From Ostrea edulis (lineage: Eukaryota), in contig NC_079171.1 in the NCBI RefSeq assembly GCF_947568905.1, positions 63,798,001 through 63,862,000 on the forward strand: DNA of 64,000 nucleotides. The letters run 5' to 3'. This document shows, piece after piece, positions 1 through 12,382 of this stretch. The notes under the pieces were generated by a model. The model worked only from the letters and a program-made list of their open reading frames with translations. It made no database searches and was not told the origin of the DNA. The translations under genes and the position numbers were made by a program. The first letter of the stretch is position 1, and each line of letters opens with the position of its first letter.

Positions 1-325
1 GACTTGACCTAAATGGACTGGACAGTGGACAGCCATGCAGCAGAATTTGAAATTCATCCGCATCACTGTTCCTGAAGCTTATGTACATACCAGCAACTTT
101 CCACTGTTCTCCGGTTCATTCACATTTGATTTTTGCCTTTAATTAAAACTGGGTGTACATCAATTTATTCATTATTTTAAAGCATAAAAAGATGACTTTT
201 GAACAATATAGAACTGGTGGAAATCATTTTCCTACGCACTTGGACAAAATTAACATAGAGCGAGAATTTCCGTGTACACTAGTGTTTGTCTCTTGTTGCA
301 CTTCGATGGAGATAACGTAACCTAC

Positions 326-417
326 CCGTCTTTTATGATGCGTGTTCGCACTTGATCGATCAGCGTGGACATGCGTGGTTGATCCTGAAGTTCAAGGTCT
401 TTCCCAATCGACTGCAG
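326..417 (-). CDS. MIF4G protein exon (LQSIGKDLELQDQPRMSTLIDQVRTRIIKDG)
   Basis: Acceptor tttaacag; donor GG|gtaggt; 92 nt. Confidence 0.8.
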
Positions 418-3400
418 CTGTTAAATTCAACCAAATTTTTTTTTTTTCAAATGATGTGCATCTAATTAGTATCAAATCTAAAGCAAACTAGCATGGCACC
501 ACGCCATGCCCTTTTTGGCTGGTGCCATGCCTTTTTTAATTGCAACATGCCCTTTTTTCTCCATAAAATCTTTAAAAATATTTGTAAATATAAACAATTG
601 TTCTTTATTTCACAAGGTTGATTGAAAAGTTTAAAATCAAGGCAGCAGGTAATAAATTTAAAAGAGGCTAAATGATTATTCTATTACTATCATAGTATGA
701 TACAATGAAAGTGCCCCGAAATTGTCTTGCCGTGAAGAAAAGTGCCCTTTTGAACATATGATATGTGTGCCCTTTCTAGATCCTAGATTTAACACTGATT
801 TAATACAAGGGGAAATGCCATTAATTTCAAATGAATTCACAATTTTAGGACAGTTCTTGTAGCTGGTGATATATACTGGTGCATTACAAAACTTCATGTT
901 TCAATTATTACAGCAGTTCTAAGACTAGCCCCCCCCCCCCCCCCCCCCTCCAATCTAACCCCCACCACACACTTCTATTCCTAGTTATCATATTAAATGA
1001 ACTATAATCCTATAACTCATTCTTAATTTATCACTAGAAAATAAATTCTGAAGTTCAGTCACAGGCAGACATTGATCAGACATTGGTATGTCCATCTGTC
1101 TGCCTGCCTCCAACTTAAACCTTGGTGATCAATTTGAAACTATACTGAACAGACACCATACTTGGTCAAAGTGTAAGGTCAGAGCTACTATTACAGATAA
1201 AGTTCAAGGTCATACATCATGGTTAAGGTCAAACTGCTGAACTCATGGCACATGCTTAGGGACATAGTGACTCGCAAACAAATCTTGTTCTACATGAAAA
1301 AAAACCCAGTCCTCTCGGTGTGCAGGATTGAATGCCCCCCGCAGAATCTTTGACACATTCTGAAAACCAAGCTCTTCAATGGGTAATATGCACGACTATT
1401 AAATATATTCCTATATTTTGAGCTGGAAGTTTGCTGACAGTTTAAAACCACCAGTGTCTTATCTTTAAAATCTAAATAATGACCCCTTTTCACTGTCCCG
1501 TTTTTAAATAATGACCCCCTTTTCACTGTAAGTGTCCCTGGTTTTTCTTTTAAAATTAATGACCCTTTTTCACTGTCCTGTTTTTTAAATAATGACCCCT
1601 TTTCATTGTCCCTGTTTCTTTTAAAATAATGACCCCTTTTCAATGTCTCGTGTTTTAAATAATGACCCTTTTCATCGCCCCTGTTTTTTTTTAAATAATG
1701 ACCCCTTTCAGTATCCCTGTTTTTTAAACAATGACCCCTTTTGACTGTCCCTGTTTAAATTTTTCCGGAGTTAAAGCTCTTGCCTGTAGAGATAAGCATT
1801 CGTATTCATTCTCATTAGAAGCTGTGTCCTGTAAGATCTGTTCCAGGCACTCATAAACCGGGGCCACAAGCGGCTTCATCGTGTCGCCCGTAGCTAGACG
1901 AACGTTACCAAACACCTGACACAAAAACGTCACAAAGCCCAGGTAGCGTGCATTCTCAGATTTACGCATTTCTTCTTTACCTGCAAAAAATATGTCATCA
2001 CTTCAATAAATGCACTGAACGTCTGATTATTTTGAGGGATTTTTTTTTTGGTGTTGTTCGACTTTTAACTGATTGAGAAAAAAGAAATGGAGAGAGAAAA
2101 ATCACAAATGACTTTCTCACATGTGTATTCAGTAAACAGAGCTTAGAGTAACCAGGGTTACATTAATTTCTCTCTTTCTATATTTTACAACTTACTGCTT
2201 TAGAAAATGTCAGAATGCATCTAACAGTTTACTCCAGATACAGTGCTCCCTCAATTTATCCCCCCCCCCCCCCCCCCCGGTATCAAGGGAGCACTATATA
2301 TTGAAATTCAGGGGACCAACCTGAATAGTTCATTATATGCAAAGTTCAATACAACTGATATTGAACTATCAAAATAATGTTATTGGGGATTTACTTTTAC
2401 TTCAATATAACAAATAGTTCATTATAAGTGACTTCAGTATAACAGATAGTTCAAAATAACAGATAGTTCAATATAAGCAACTTCAATATAACAGATAATT
2501 CAATATAAATGACTTCAATAAAACAGATAGTTCAATTTAAGCGACTTCAATATAACAGATAGTTCAATTCAAGCGACTTCAATATAACAGATAGTTCAAT
2601 ATAAATCATCAGAAACAATGTACCTTTAAAATCTTCCTGCACAAATCTCAGAATAACATTTCTGAACTTTGACCCTTGAACTTCCACATTAGACAATCTG
2701 TCACAAATGCATGCTCCACACTTGGCAAACTCCTGGTATTTCAAACTCTTGTTGTAAATGCGCTTGGCCACGTTCTTCATGTGGTCCTCAGTAGACATTG
2801 ATTTGGACAAGGTCATAATGTCCTCTAAGTTATCCTCCGTCAGATCGAAATTCAGTTTCTCCAGATAATCTTCAAGATCCTGGACAGTGCCACCTGGTGG
2901 GGAACTTCTGTTCTGTTCAACGAAAAAAAAACAAGCACTGATTTCCAAACATTTAAGAGCATTGTAGATCTATTTGGTTAAAAAAAACATTGTCATGATA
3001 AGAAGAGTGCATATTACACATTTTCAAAACTATTATGGAGATTTCTAACAAAAAGTTTCGATAAGATAAATTTACACCCACATTTTCCAAGGTCTGGGAA
3101 AATAAAGTGGGCAAAACATTCACGCAGCAGGGTTAAGGTGTCCCGAGTAAAGTTAAAACAAACATCATAAAATGTACCTCGGTGCACTTCATACTATATG
3201 ATGTCACAATATAAAAGTACGTCATGATGTACATGTCTATAGTTGTATCGCGGGGAAAATGTCATAATATTTTCTCACTATTTATTGCCGTTATCTAGTG
3301 TTCAAGCTGTATGTGTTTAAATCTGTTTGTCAGATGATTTTCCCCCAGTTTCTTCGATAATATATAAGTCTCATATTTTTATATATACAGTATGTGCACG

Positions 3401-6400
3401 AAAGACTAAAGTAATCTTTACATCACTTTGTGACCTTGATATCTCCCCCGATGTTTATACTCGTCATTTGGAATAAATAAAACCAACGCATGTACATATG
3501 GACTCAGTACAGGTGAAAGATGACAATATTTTATTTTGATCAAGGCATATTCAGAAAGGTAACTAGTTGCAGATTTAGGATTTTGATACGGAAGGTACAA
3601 TATTTTGCCTTGTTTAGATATGATTTGGATGTGAATGTGGAAAATGCCCGACATTTGAGTTGAAATTATGGAAATTGCTATATTTGAGAGGATATTGTAC
3701 TGATCCGTATCACTCTTTAAATTTACCATATCAATGTCAACATATCAAGCCCAAACTGCAAATGATTTGAGTGCATCTTTCACCTGTACCGAGGTGATAA
3801 ACAACTAAAAGTCTAGCAGATAAAAATAGCTCTACGTCACTTGTATGACGAATAATAGTTAAGCAAAGGATTTCCCCTCGTGATACGATGTTTGTTTATG
3901 TATTGACAAAGGATTTTTACTAAAAATATGCAACGCTTGAAAGAACTTTACTTGCATATGAATATGCTGTTATTATTTGCTATTTTACTCGGGACACCTT
4001 AACCCCACTGTGCATATGACTTAGTTTTGAATCAGATTAATATTTAACTAAAAACAGGCAAAAAAGAAAACAAAAAGGTATAAGTAACAACAGATAATCT
4101 GCAAAATCAATGACAGACGGACGGACGGATGGACAGACAGAGTACAAATTAGTGGTCCTCGTCAGCTGTGTGGTTTTGAGACATAACTGAAAACAATACA
4201 TGCAAATATCACGTATATCATATAATTTATCTGAATGATGACGAGATTCCATCCACAATACTGAAGGAAACTACAAAACGCAACCCTGGCAGAGTACCAT
4301 GAGAAGATAAGCAGGTAACTACAAAACGCAACCCTGGCAGAGTACCAAGAGAATATAAGCAGGTAACTACAAAACGCAATCCTAGCAGAGTACCCAGAGA
4401 AGATAAGCAGGTAACTACAAAACGAAACCCTGGCAGAGTACCAAGAGAAGATAAGCAAGTAACTACAAAACGCAACTCTGGCAGAGTACCAAGAGAAGAT
4501 AAGCAGGTAATTAAAAACGTAGAGTACCAAGAAAATAAAAGCAGGTAACTACAAAACACAGAGTACCAAGAGAAGATAAGCAGGTAACTACAAAACACAG
4601 AATATCAAGAGAAGATAAGCAGGTATAAACTAAAAAATGCAGAATATTAAGAGAAGATAAGCAGGTGACTAAAAAACGCAGAATATCAAGAGAAGATAAG
4701 CAGGTAACTACAAAACGCAGAATATCAAGAGAAGATAAGCAGGTAACTACAAAACGCAGAATATCAAGAGAAGATAAGCAGGTGACTAAAAAATGCAGAA
4801 TATTAAGAGAAGATAAGCAGGTGACTAAAAAACACAGAATACTAAGAGAAGATAAGTAGGTAAATACAAAACACAGAATACTAAGAGAAGATAAGTAGGT
4901 AAATACAAAACACAGAATACTAAGAGAAGATAAGTAGGTAAATACAAAACACAGAATACTAAGAGAAGATAAGCAGGTAAATACAAAACACAGAATACTA
5001 AGAGAAGATAAGCAGGTAAATACAAAACACAGAATACTAAGAGAAGATAAGCAGGTAAATACAAAACACAGAATACTAAGAGAAGATAAGCAGGTAACTA
5101 CAAAACACAGAATACTAAGAGAAGATAAGCAGGTAACTACAAAACACAGAATACTAAGAGAAGATAAGTAGGTAACTACAAAACACAGAATACTAAGAGA
5201 AGATAAGCAGGTAAATACAAAACACAGAATATCAAGAGAAGATAAGCAGGTAACTACAAAACGCAGAATATCAAGAGAAGATAAGCAGGTGACTAAAAAA
5301 TGCAGAATATTAAGAGAAGATAAGTAGGTAACTACAAAATGCAGAATACTAAGAGAAGATAAGTAGGTAAATACAAAACACAGAATACTAAGAGAAGATA
5401 AGTAGGTAAATACAAAACACAGAATACTAAGAGAAGATAAGTAGGTAAATACAAAACACAGAATACTAAGAGAAGATAAGTAGGTAAATACAAAACACAG
5501 AATACTAAGAGAAGATAAGCAGGTAAATACAAAACACAGAATACTAAGAGAAGATAAGCAGGTAAATACAAAACACAGAATACTAAGAGAAGATAAGCAG
5601 GTAAGTGATTGTGGGAGATGTAGCATGAGGTACACACACAGATACGTAGAATACCAACACTAGGGTTAGATATAGATATATATAGGAGCTTTCTGTCTGT
5701 TTCAAAGCCTGTATAATTACATAATTTTTAAGAAATGATAGTCTATTATAATAAATACAGATGTATCTCAATATTTCTCTACACCGATGCAGCACCTTAG
5801 TGGTATACTTATATAACTATATAATAAAATTTTTAGAGTTATGAACTTTAACTTGTATTCTAATCTGAAATGCAGTCATTTTTATTTTCGTTCATCAATT
5901 ATTTATACAGTAATAAGCAAGTCCCTTGGACTTCCAGCATTTCTAATTGCCAAGTCCAAATACAGAATTTGCTAGTTCCAGGCTTCGGGCTTGAAGAATT
6001 TGTGACCCCTGACCTTAGTGATGTACTTATATATTTGTTACAACTTCTTACAAACCTATTAGTCCGATTGTGCATTTCTTTTCTTGTAATTCCGTGTCTT
6101 ATGTGATCGAATGTTTGGTGATATCAATCAAATTAATGAATTATTAAAAATATTATCTAAAATTCAAACCAAAATTCTCTTTTTTTTTTAAAACAAAGAC
6201 TTTCAGGCCTCCAGTCTATCACTGTTGACTTGGAACTCTTTTGTAATGGGAGTTAAAAAAGTGGAAACAAATCCACAAGAAGAGCAGGGAAAACTACAGA
6301 GAAATTTAGATTCTTTCCTTTTTGGTTGTAGTATTCTCTTCAGAGCTATGTACAGACATATAGCCTACAGCTTTATAAGAAATAAAATGTGTATTTACTT

Positions 6401-7847
6401 ATTTAACCAAATTTTCTGATATTGGATTTCAAATTATTTTCCTTACCACCAACAGAGAAAAATTCATATTAAAACCCGAGACAGAGAACATGAGAAAATG
6501 GATTAACAGCTGTGTCTTATGTAAATCCAGGCATATGTCAACCATCACCAGTTCCGACATTTACACTTTTTTCAGAATCAAAACATGAAGAATTGCGAAG
6601 AGAAGTGAAGGTAGGCTATGCCTGTGTAATAGGGAAAAAATGCAATGGACCAGAGTGGGTTTCAAACCCGGGCCCCCTGAATCGCCAGTCAGGTGCTCTA
6701 CCGAGCTATCTGCCTATCAGTGATCGAATCCAGTTGACCGCTACATTCCTCCCTCCTTAAATGTCTTCGAATACGAAGACACACAACCTAAATTCTTTCT
6801 GCTCCCTGGTAGGAATTTCACCCGCATATCCAGGGGCCAGATCTAAACAGTAACAAATGTAACAGGGATAAATGCAATGAATCAGACCAAGGTTGGAACC
6901 CCGTCTGCCGGAATTTCTAGTCAGGTGCTCTACCGACTGAGTTATCTGGCTAAAGACGATTGAACCTGACTGACTGCTACACCTGTCCAATTTTCCAAAA
7001 GGAATTTAATTATTAGAGGGTGAAGCCCTCTCATGGCCCAAAGGGCCGTGAGAGTGGAGCTCTCCCTATAGGTAACACGTATATACATGTTTAAAAGGAA
7101 AATAAAGAAAAATTAAACCATACCTATGGAACTTAAAAAGTTTGGTACCAATGGCGTCAATTCGAATATTAGCGCGTGGACATGTATTCCTCCATTTTGA
7201 ATCTCGTCTATCCTAGTTCACGTCGTTCTGAGATGTTACATAAAATCCGTAAAGGTATGTAAATCTTATTTTCTTAATCATATATATTCACTCCACGATT
7301 AACGCCATGTTTTTTGTTGTGGTTCAAACGCTATGTTTGTAAATTTGCTAAATAACGACGCTGAATATGACGTCACAATGTACTGTTGACATCAATTGTG
7401 TTATATTTCCCACATTCAATATATAGGCGGATCAAATGTCCAGGATGCTAACTTCCAGTTGTTTTTGTCCTGTTTTGGAAATAGATACTAAATGAACTTT
7501 TTTGCTTCGCCCTCAAACACGGTCACGCCGTAAAATATTAATTAATGTTTATCTCCAATTTGAAATAATATTTTAACATCCTGTGGTTACATGACTTGGT
7601 TACATTATTTCATTACGATTGATTTTTTATGAACGATGTTAGAAACTATACATCAATATGTTATGTTGTTGTTGTTACTGAGGAAATTCGGGCGATGAAA
7701 CAAAATATGGGTACAGAAACGGAACACTACCTGATCACCTACTTTGGGCGCGTCATTATCACTCTCAGGTCCAGGTCTTGGCGCGGATCCAACCTTTGCC
7801 ATCATTAAGCCCCTCCCTCTCCCCCTCCCTCGCCCGACGCTGGCCAT
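326..7847 (-). CDS. MIF4G domain-containing protein (MIF4GD/SLIP1-CTIF family), 3' end outside window
   Basis: join(7731-7847, 2624-2912, 1784-1980, 326-417), phases 0,1,0,2 all consistent. The protein ...YLGFVTFLCQVFGNVR...MKPLVAPVYECL...EYECLSLQLQSIGKDLE...RM matches my recollection of human MIF4GD (YVTFICNIF...MMALVNPVYDCL...DCLVLQLHRVGEQLE). N-terminus is RG-rich (MASVGRGRGRGRG). Extra exons in the 2913-7730 intron cannot be excluded. Confidence 0.85.
1474..1755. repeat. ~31-bp minisatellite, ~9 degenerate copies
   Basis: Unit aataatgacccctttttcactgtcccgtttttt; begins ~30 nt inside the intron after the GC donor; explains ORF 1290..1643. Confidence 0.9.
1784..1980 (-). CDS. MIF4G protein exon (GKEEMRKSENARYLGFVTF...ECLSLQ)
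   Basis: Acceptor ttttttgcag; ends CAG|gcaaga (GC donor); 197 nt. Confidence 0.85.
2400..2605. repeat. Degenerate ttcaatataac/agatag array
   Basis: Repeated ttcaatataacagatag motifs next to the 2624 donor. Confidence 0.8.
2624..2912 (-). CDS. MIF4G protein exon (NRSSPPGG...VQEDFK)
   Basis: Acceptor ttttcgttgaacag; donor AAAG|gtacat; 289 nt. Confidence 0.85.
3137..3998. mobile_element. Non-autonomous DNA transposon, Kolobok-like (TTAA TSD, GG termini)
   Basis: Perfect 15-bp TIR GGTGTCCCGAGTAAA; TTAA at 3133-3136 and 3999-4002; no coding capacity. Confidence 0.75.
4270..5606. repeat. 39-46-bp minisatellite, ~33 copies in two subtypes
   Basis: Core agaagataagcaggtaa(c/a)tacaaaacacagaatactaag; explains ORFs 4162-5637. 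Confidence 0.95.
6610..6955 (-). mobile_element. tRNA-derived repeat with two tandem tRNA-like heads
   Basis: Two related minus-strand segments, (tc)ggtagagcacctgact...gggtttgaaaccc / ggttccaacc, ~235 bp apart; degenerate, not intact tRNAs. Confidence 0.5.
7010..7540. mobile_element. Helentron/HINE-like non-autonomous element
   Basis: Terminal hairpins agagggtgaagccctct, ggcccaaagggcc, gagagtggagctctc; inverted copy cttcgccctc near 7505. Confidence 0.4.
7731..7847 (-). CDS. MIF4G protein first coding exon (MASVGRGRGRGRG...KVGDQ)
   Basis: ATG at 7847; donor CAG|gtagtg; phase 0 fits the next exon. Confidence 0.7.
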
Positions 7848-8679
7848 ATTGTATCACTAACTCGTACGATGGACGGATTATGTTGTATTAATAAGTCGTA
7901 GGGCGAATGATTCGATTCCAAGCATATATATATATTTTTTTTTTCATCAGATTTTCTTCTTTTTTTTATGCGAATTATATTGCTTATATTAATATCAATT
8001 TTTATTTTGAATTATGCTTTCATCTGTTCAGGTTTTGGATTTCTCGGGGAAAAAAATCTCAGTGCTCGAGAAATCCAAGCCCGGCACCTAATCGTTTTCA
8101 AACTCCAATGGGAAAAAAAGAATTAAAAACCAAAACAGGACAAAAATGGATATAAAGCCCAGACTCAATTTTCTAGGGGAAGGGAGTGAGGCAAAGATTA
8201 ATCAATCAGTTCAAGGGATCAAACGTAAATTTCCACTACCATTCACTAATTAGCATTTTCAGCTATGTAAAACATTGAATTTCTGTAGCAATAACGGACT
8301 TTGCATTTAAAGTATGTTGTCAAACATGTTACTACGTGCCTGCTGTTAATGAAAACAACATTTATGGTTGAGGAGTTGAACCACCCATGCACAACGTGTG
8401 CGTTGTCAAAATATCAGCATTAAAATTAAAATAGGATTAAGTATTTAGAGGATTAAGGTGATTTCTCATTTAAATAATTTCTCGTCATCAAGAAAGTTGT
8501 CATTTATCTATTTAGAAGTCAGAGCATTTTATTTATATATTTCTAGTTTTAGTAATTCAGAGATTTTTTTTTTTTTAAGAACACACATATTTGGATTTTG
8601 TAATCGACTTGGGGGGGGGGGTTAGGGGTTAAATAGTTTGGAAAGTTGGAAAACGCTAAAGAATACAATTTAATTAAGA

Positions 8680-8990
8680 GCTGGCCAAACACGGACCCCT
8701 GGATATACCAGAGGTGGGATTAAGTGCATAGGAGGAGTAAGCATCCCCTATCAACCGGTTACACCCGCCGTGAGCTCTATACAGACAAACGGGACAATCT
8801 GCAGCCAAATCCAGCTCGGAAAGAACGGTCTAACAATGGATATGAAACACATCAGACAGCATTTGACCCAATGACAGGTTACATCTATAGGCAAACTAGA
8901 TCGTTAATATAACGACCATAGAATTTGTGCAATGCTGACTTTAAACGAGACTGTTAAAACCCATGTAACATCAACATGTTTGTCATTCGC
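8680..8990 (-). mobile_element. Penelope-like element 3' fragment
   Basis: Homologous to 9800-10100 (acacggacccctgga...ccagaggtgggat...agcatcccct). Confidence 0.8.
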
Positions 8991-9034
8991 CTGCCTCTAT
9001 TTTAAAAACTGACCATGCGCAGAACGAACCATGT

Positions 9035-9620
9035 AACAAGAGGTCCACGGTCCACAGAGCTCAGCTGTGTCATGTTAGATCATCTGTTCAGCTATTGTAA
9101 AAAAAAAAAATTTTTAAATGCAGTCTTCATCCCCATCGAAATGTTTGACCCCAAAAGGTCACGCCATAACCATGATTCAAGGTCAAAATCATGGTATGAA
9201 ATGTAGGGTTTCGTCAAGGAACCTATATGCAAATTTAAATATGAAATCCCTACTCGAAACAGTTCAGAAGATATTGCGTAAGTTAATTCTTTTTCTTTTT
9301 TTTTTTTAGAAATAGCCCGCCGAAATCCAAGGTCAAAACCTTTGGTTCCCAAAATGGAATGTCATGTTACAAAGATACAGATATGAAATATTTTAGCCTT
9401 ACCACTCACCATTCAAACGTCGTCAGCAAGGTTGAAGGTTCAGTCAGGCAGGTAGGAGAAAAACAATATGTACCCCCACCTTTAGTCGCAGGGCGTAACA
9501 CAAATCATGAATACACACGACTTAAGAACGTTTGCTGAAATTAGCCCTGCAATTTTGTAGAAGTCAAAAATGTTCGGATTTTACGGACAGATAGACAAAC
9601 GAAGGACAAAAAGTGCTCAG
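9035..9620. mobile_element. Helentron/HINE-like fragment
   Basis: aacaagaggtccacggtccacagagctcagctg terminus resembling 57725; internal caaggtcaaaa repeats. Confidence 0.45.
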
Positions 9621-9732
9621 AAAAACAACAGCTCTAACCTAAAGACGATAAACTGAGAATATACTCTTAAAAGTCAAAATTTCCAATCCAACTAACTTTT
9701 GAAATGCTTTTTATAAGCAAATAAAATTTTCA

Positions 9733-10855
9733 TAATATATTTGCATGAAAAGTGAAGATAACGAACAGTGATCAATCTCAAAACTCCTACAAGCAATACA
9801 AAATAGATAGTTGGGCAAACACGGACCCCTGGACACACCAGAGGTGGGATCAGGTACCTAGGAGGAGTAAGCATCCCCTGTCGACCGGTCACACCCGCCG
9901 TGAGCCCTATATCCTGATCAGGTAAACGGAGTTATCCGCAGTCAAAATCAATGTGCCAAGAACGGCTTAACAATCGGTATGAAACACGTCAGACAGCATT
10001 TGACCCAATGCGAGGTTGTATGGACGAAGTAGATCGTTATAACCACCATAGAATTTGTGAAATGCTGACTTCAATCGAGACTGTTGAAACCCCTGTACCA
10101 TCAACTTGTTTGTCAGTAGCTTACCTCGATTTAAAAACTGACTATACGCAGAACAAGCTCTTGCATATCGAATCAGTTGAGATATATAAACACCATACAG
10201 GCGCGGATCCAGAAATTTTTTCCAGGGGGGGGGGGGGGGGTGGTCGATCCTTTTCACAAAATCGAACCTGTGATATAACTCATTTTTCTTATAAATCGTT
10301 ATATTTTAATTTTTTTTATCTTTGCAAATTCCAGGGGGTGGGGAGGGGGGTGGGTGGGTCCGGACCCCCGACCCCCTCTAGACCCGCACATGCCATATGC
10401 AGGTGATAATGGAATATTGCTACATAAATATGGGAAGTTGACGATAGAGAAGCTGAAATCATCCTGTTTGTCATACAGTTGAGTTGTCAATTTGCCGTTA
10501 ATGTCTACTTTCAATAAAATATCTAAGTATGAAGCAGAAGTGGACGACTCTGCGGTGTCCTTTATTTCGAGCTCACAGGGATATATCAAATCGACATATG
10601 AATGAAAGTTATTATTGTTAATAGACAAAACGTCATCGATATATCGAAATGTCGAATTGAAGGCCACAGCGAGAGATTTTTTTCTTCCCACGTAGAAGTT
10701 TTTTTTAATAAATTCTGCTTCATATGAATATAGAAACAGGTCAGCTAACAAAGGAGCACAATTCGTGCCCATGGGAATTTCAACAGACTGTTGGAAGACC
10801 TGATCACCAAAGACCACGAAGATATTGTCAATGAGGAACTCTAACAAATTTTTTA
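9733..10855 (-). mobile_element. Penelope-like retroelement, 5'-truncated RT (pseudogene), split by a MITE
   Basis: RT motifs IPMGTNCAPLLADLFL, FRYIDD, YDKQDDFSFSIVNFP, AYGVYISQLIRY, then stop and 3' UTR; compensating frameshifts near 10690. Confidence 0.9.
10198..10392. mobile_element. MITE with CA(G/T)G termini and 5-bp TSD (hAT5-like)
   Basis: Imperfect TIR CAGGCGCGGATCCAG / CTAGACCCGCACATG; CCATA duplicated at 10193-10197 and 10393-10397; removing the insert restores the RT codons P-A-Y-G-V-Y. Confidence 0.8.
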
Positions 10856-12382
10856 TTTTATAAACCAACTGGGTTTTTAAACATATGTGCTTGATAAATT
10901 TGAAAAGTTTAAATAAATTTTGACTTAAGTCTATTCCCAGTTTATGGTTTAACTCTTGAAAAAAACCACCACACATTTGCATTCCTGAGATCGGTGATCG
11001 TAAGTGATCCAGACGATGCACCTAGGGCGGATCCAACAATTATTACAGAGTGATCCAAAATAATACCTGCCCAGTTACAGACCCTAAATAGGAGAACACT
11101 GACTTTCTTTTGTAGATCAACAAAGGGGATAGTCGCAACTTAATTTTCGGGTCTTTCCGGCAAGCTCGGAAAAAAACGCCTCGTTCACCGGCATTTCTCT
11201 TCCACAGAGTTATCGGTCCTTTCTCTCCCTCAGATTTCTAAGGGCAAAAAATGATACAATAATCTTTTGACAAAATCAACAGGCAAATTAACATTTTCAC
11301 CGTTTAAAACATGACATAATATTATTATGATTATGAGTATGGGTAGTCTGATAAAATATGGAGGTCATCGTATAAGTCACCTCAATGCAATGAGTCGAAC
11401 GGCTGGTGTACACACTGGATATTGTTTTTCCACTTGCCGGTAAGGCCAGCTCGCCCCCCCCCCCCCTGTGAGGACTTCCTGTATGTAATCTCAAAGCTAT
11501 AGAAACATTTTTCCATTTTATTTTGAAGAATAATTAGAAACATGCTCGCATAAATTATCCTGAATAAATGTACAATGCATAAAATCTTCGCATGAATGAG
11601 GTGAACAAAAAATGTACAATAACAGAAATCAGTATTACACGTGAAATAAATCCAATCAGTAGGGAATAAATTAACATAAACGAGAGAATAGTATAAGACA
11701 CTTACAAAACATAGAACATACATGTGTGTACAATTAAACATCAGTCTCCGCCTCCTAGCGGCAGCGATTGGAATCAAGGGCAGAGAACCAGTATATAATC
11801 CTACGACCTAGGCGCCCCTAAGAATGAGAATAGGATAGTGGACATAAGTTGGCCGATGACTCACTCTCGCAACTTTTTCTTGCATGGGTATCGATTTTTG
11901 CTAATCCACCATTAGTAACCCGCATCCTCGTGGATTTTCACCAGTTTTGGACATTAATTGCTTCAATTCAATATTTCTACGCCTGATCCTACACGTGATC
12001 CTCGAACATCACTCACTATACACCATTAAGTGGAAGAGTGAATGAAAATTTGATTCACTGACAAATTCTTTATTCATATAAAAAAAATATCAATAAATAA
12101 TGGAATATTTCTAAATTTCTCTGGGTATCGCCAAGAAAGGCAATCATTCTGAGTATTAAATATACATAATATCAATCAGTCTTTGGACCAGTATATAGCC
12201 CATCAGTCAACATAAAATTGCATACTAGAGGGGAGTGAAATATATTTATACCGCACAATGAAGTTTGACAGAGAAATCAATCATGGACATCGAGAAATAT
12301 TTACGGCACTGTGGGGTTTAAGATTGGTCCATGTAGTGAAACACCAAGGACAAAACAAAGGGGAGGCTTCATTTGTCCAAAA

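Noticed and set aside
250-325. Possible stop-codon readthrough or true end of the MIF4G protein at TAG 323-325
   Set aside because: The family needs a further C-terminal helix (LLLEIIEFRAAGW-like) that is absent here; GG|gtaggt is better read as a donor with the next exon outside the window.
4162-5637. Long ORFs up to 374 aa
   Set aside because: Translations of a 39-bp minisatellite; periodic, no domain, inside an intron.
6610-6955. Functional tRNA genes
   Set aside because: Acceptor stems and B boxes are degenerate; treated as repeat-derived.
9733-9960. Ribozyme in the Penelope-like 3' UTR
   Set aside because: Could not fit a hammerhead core (CTGATGA…GAAA) or an HDV fold by eye; an Infernal/RNAmotif search is needed.
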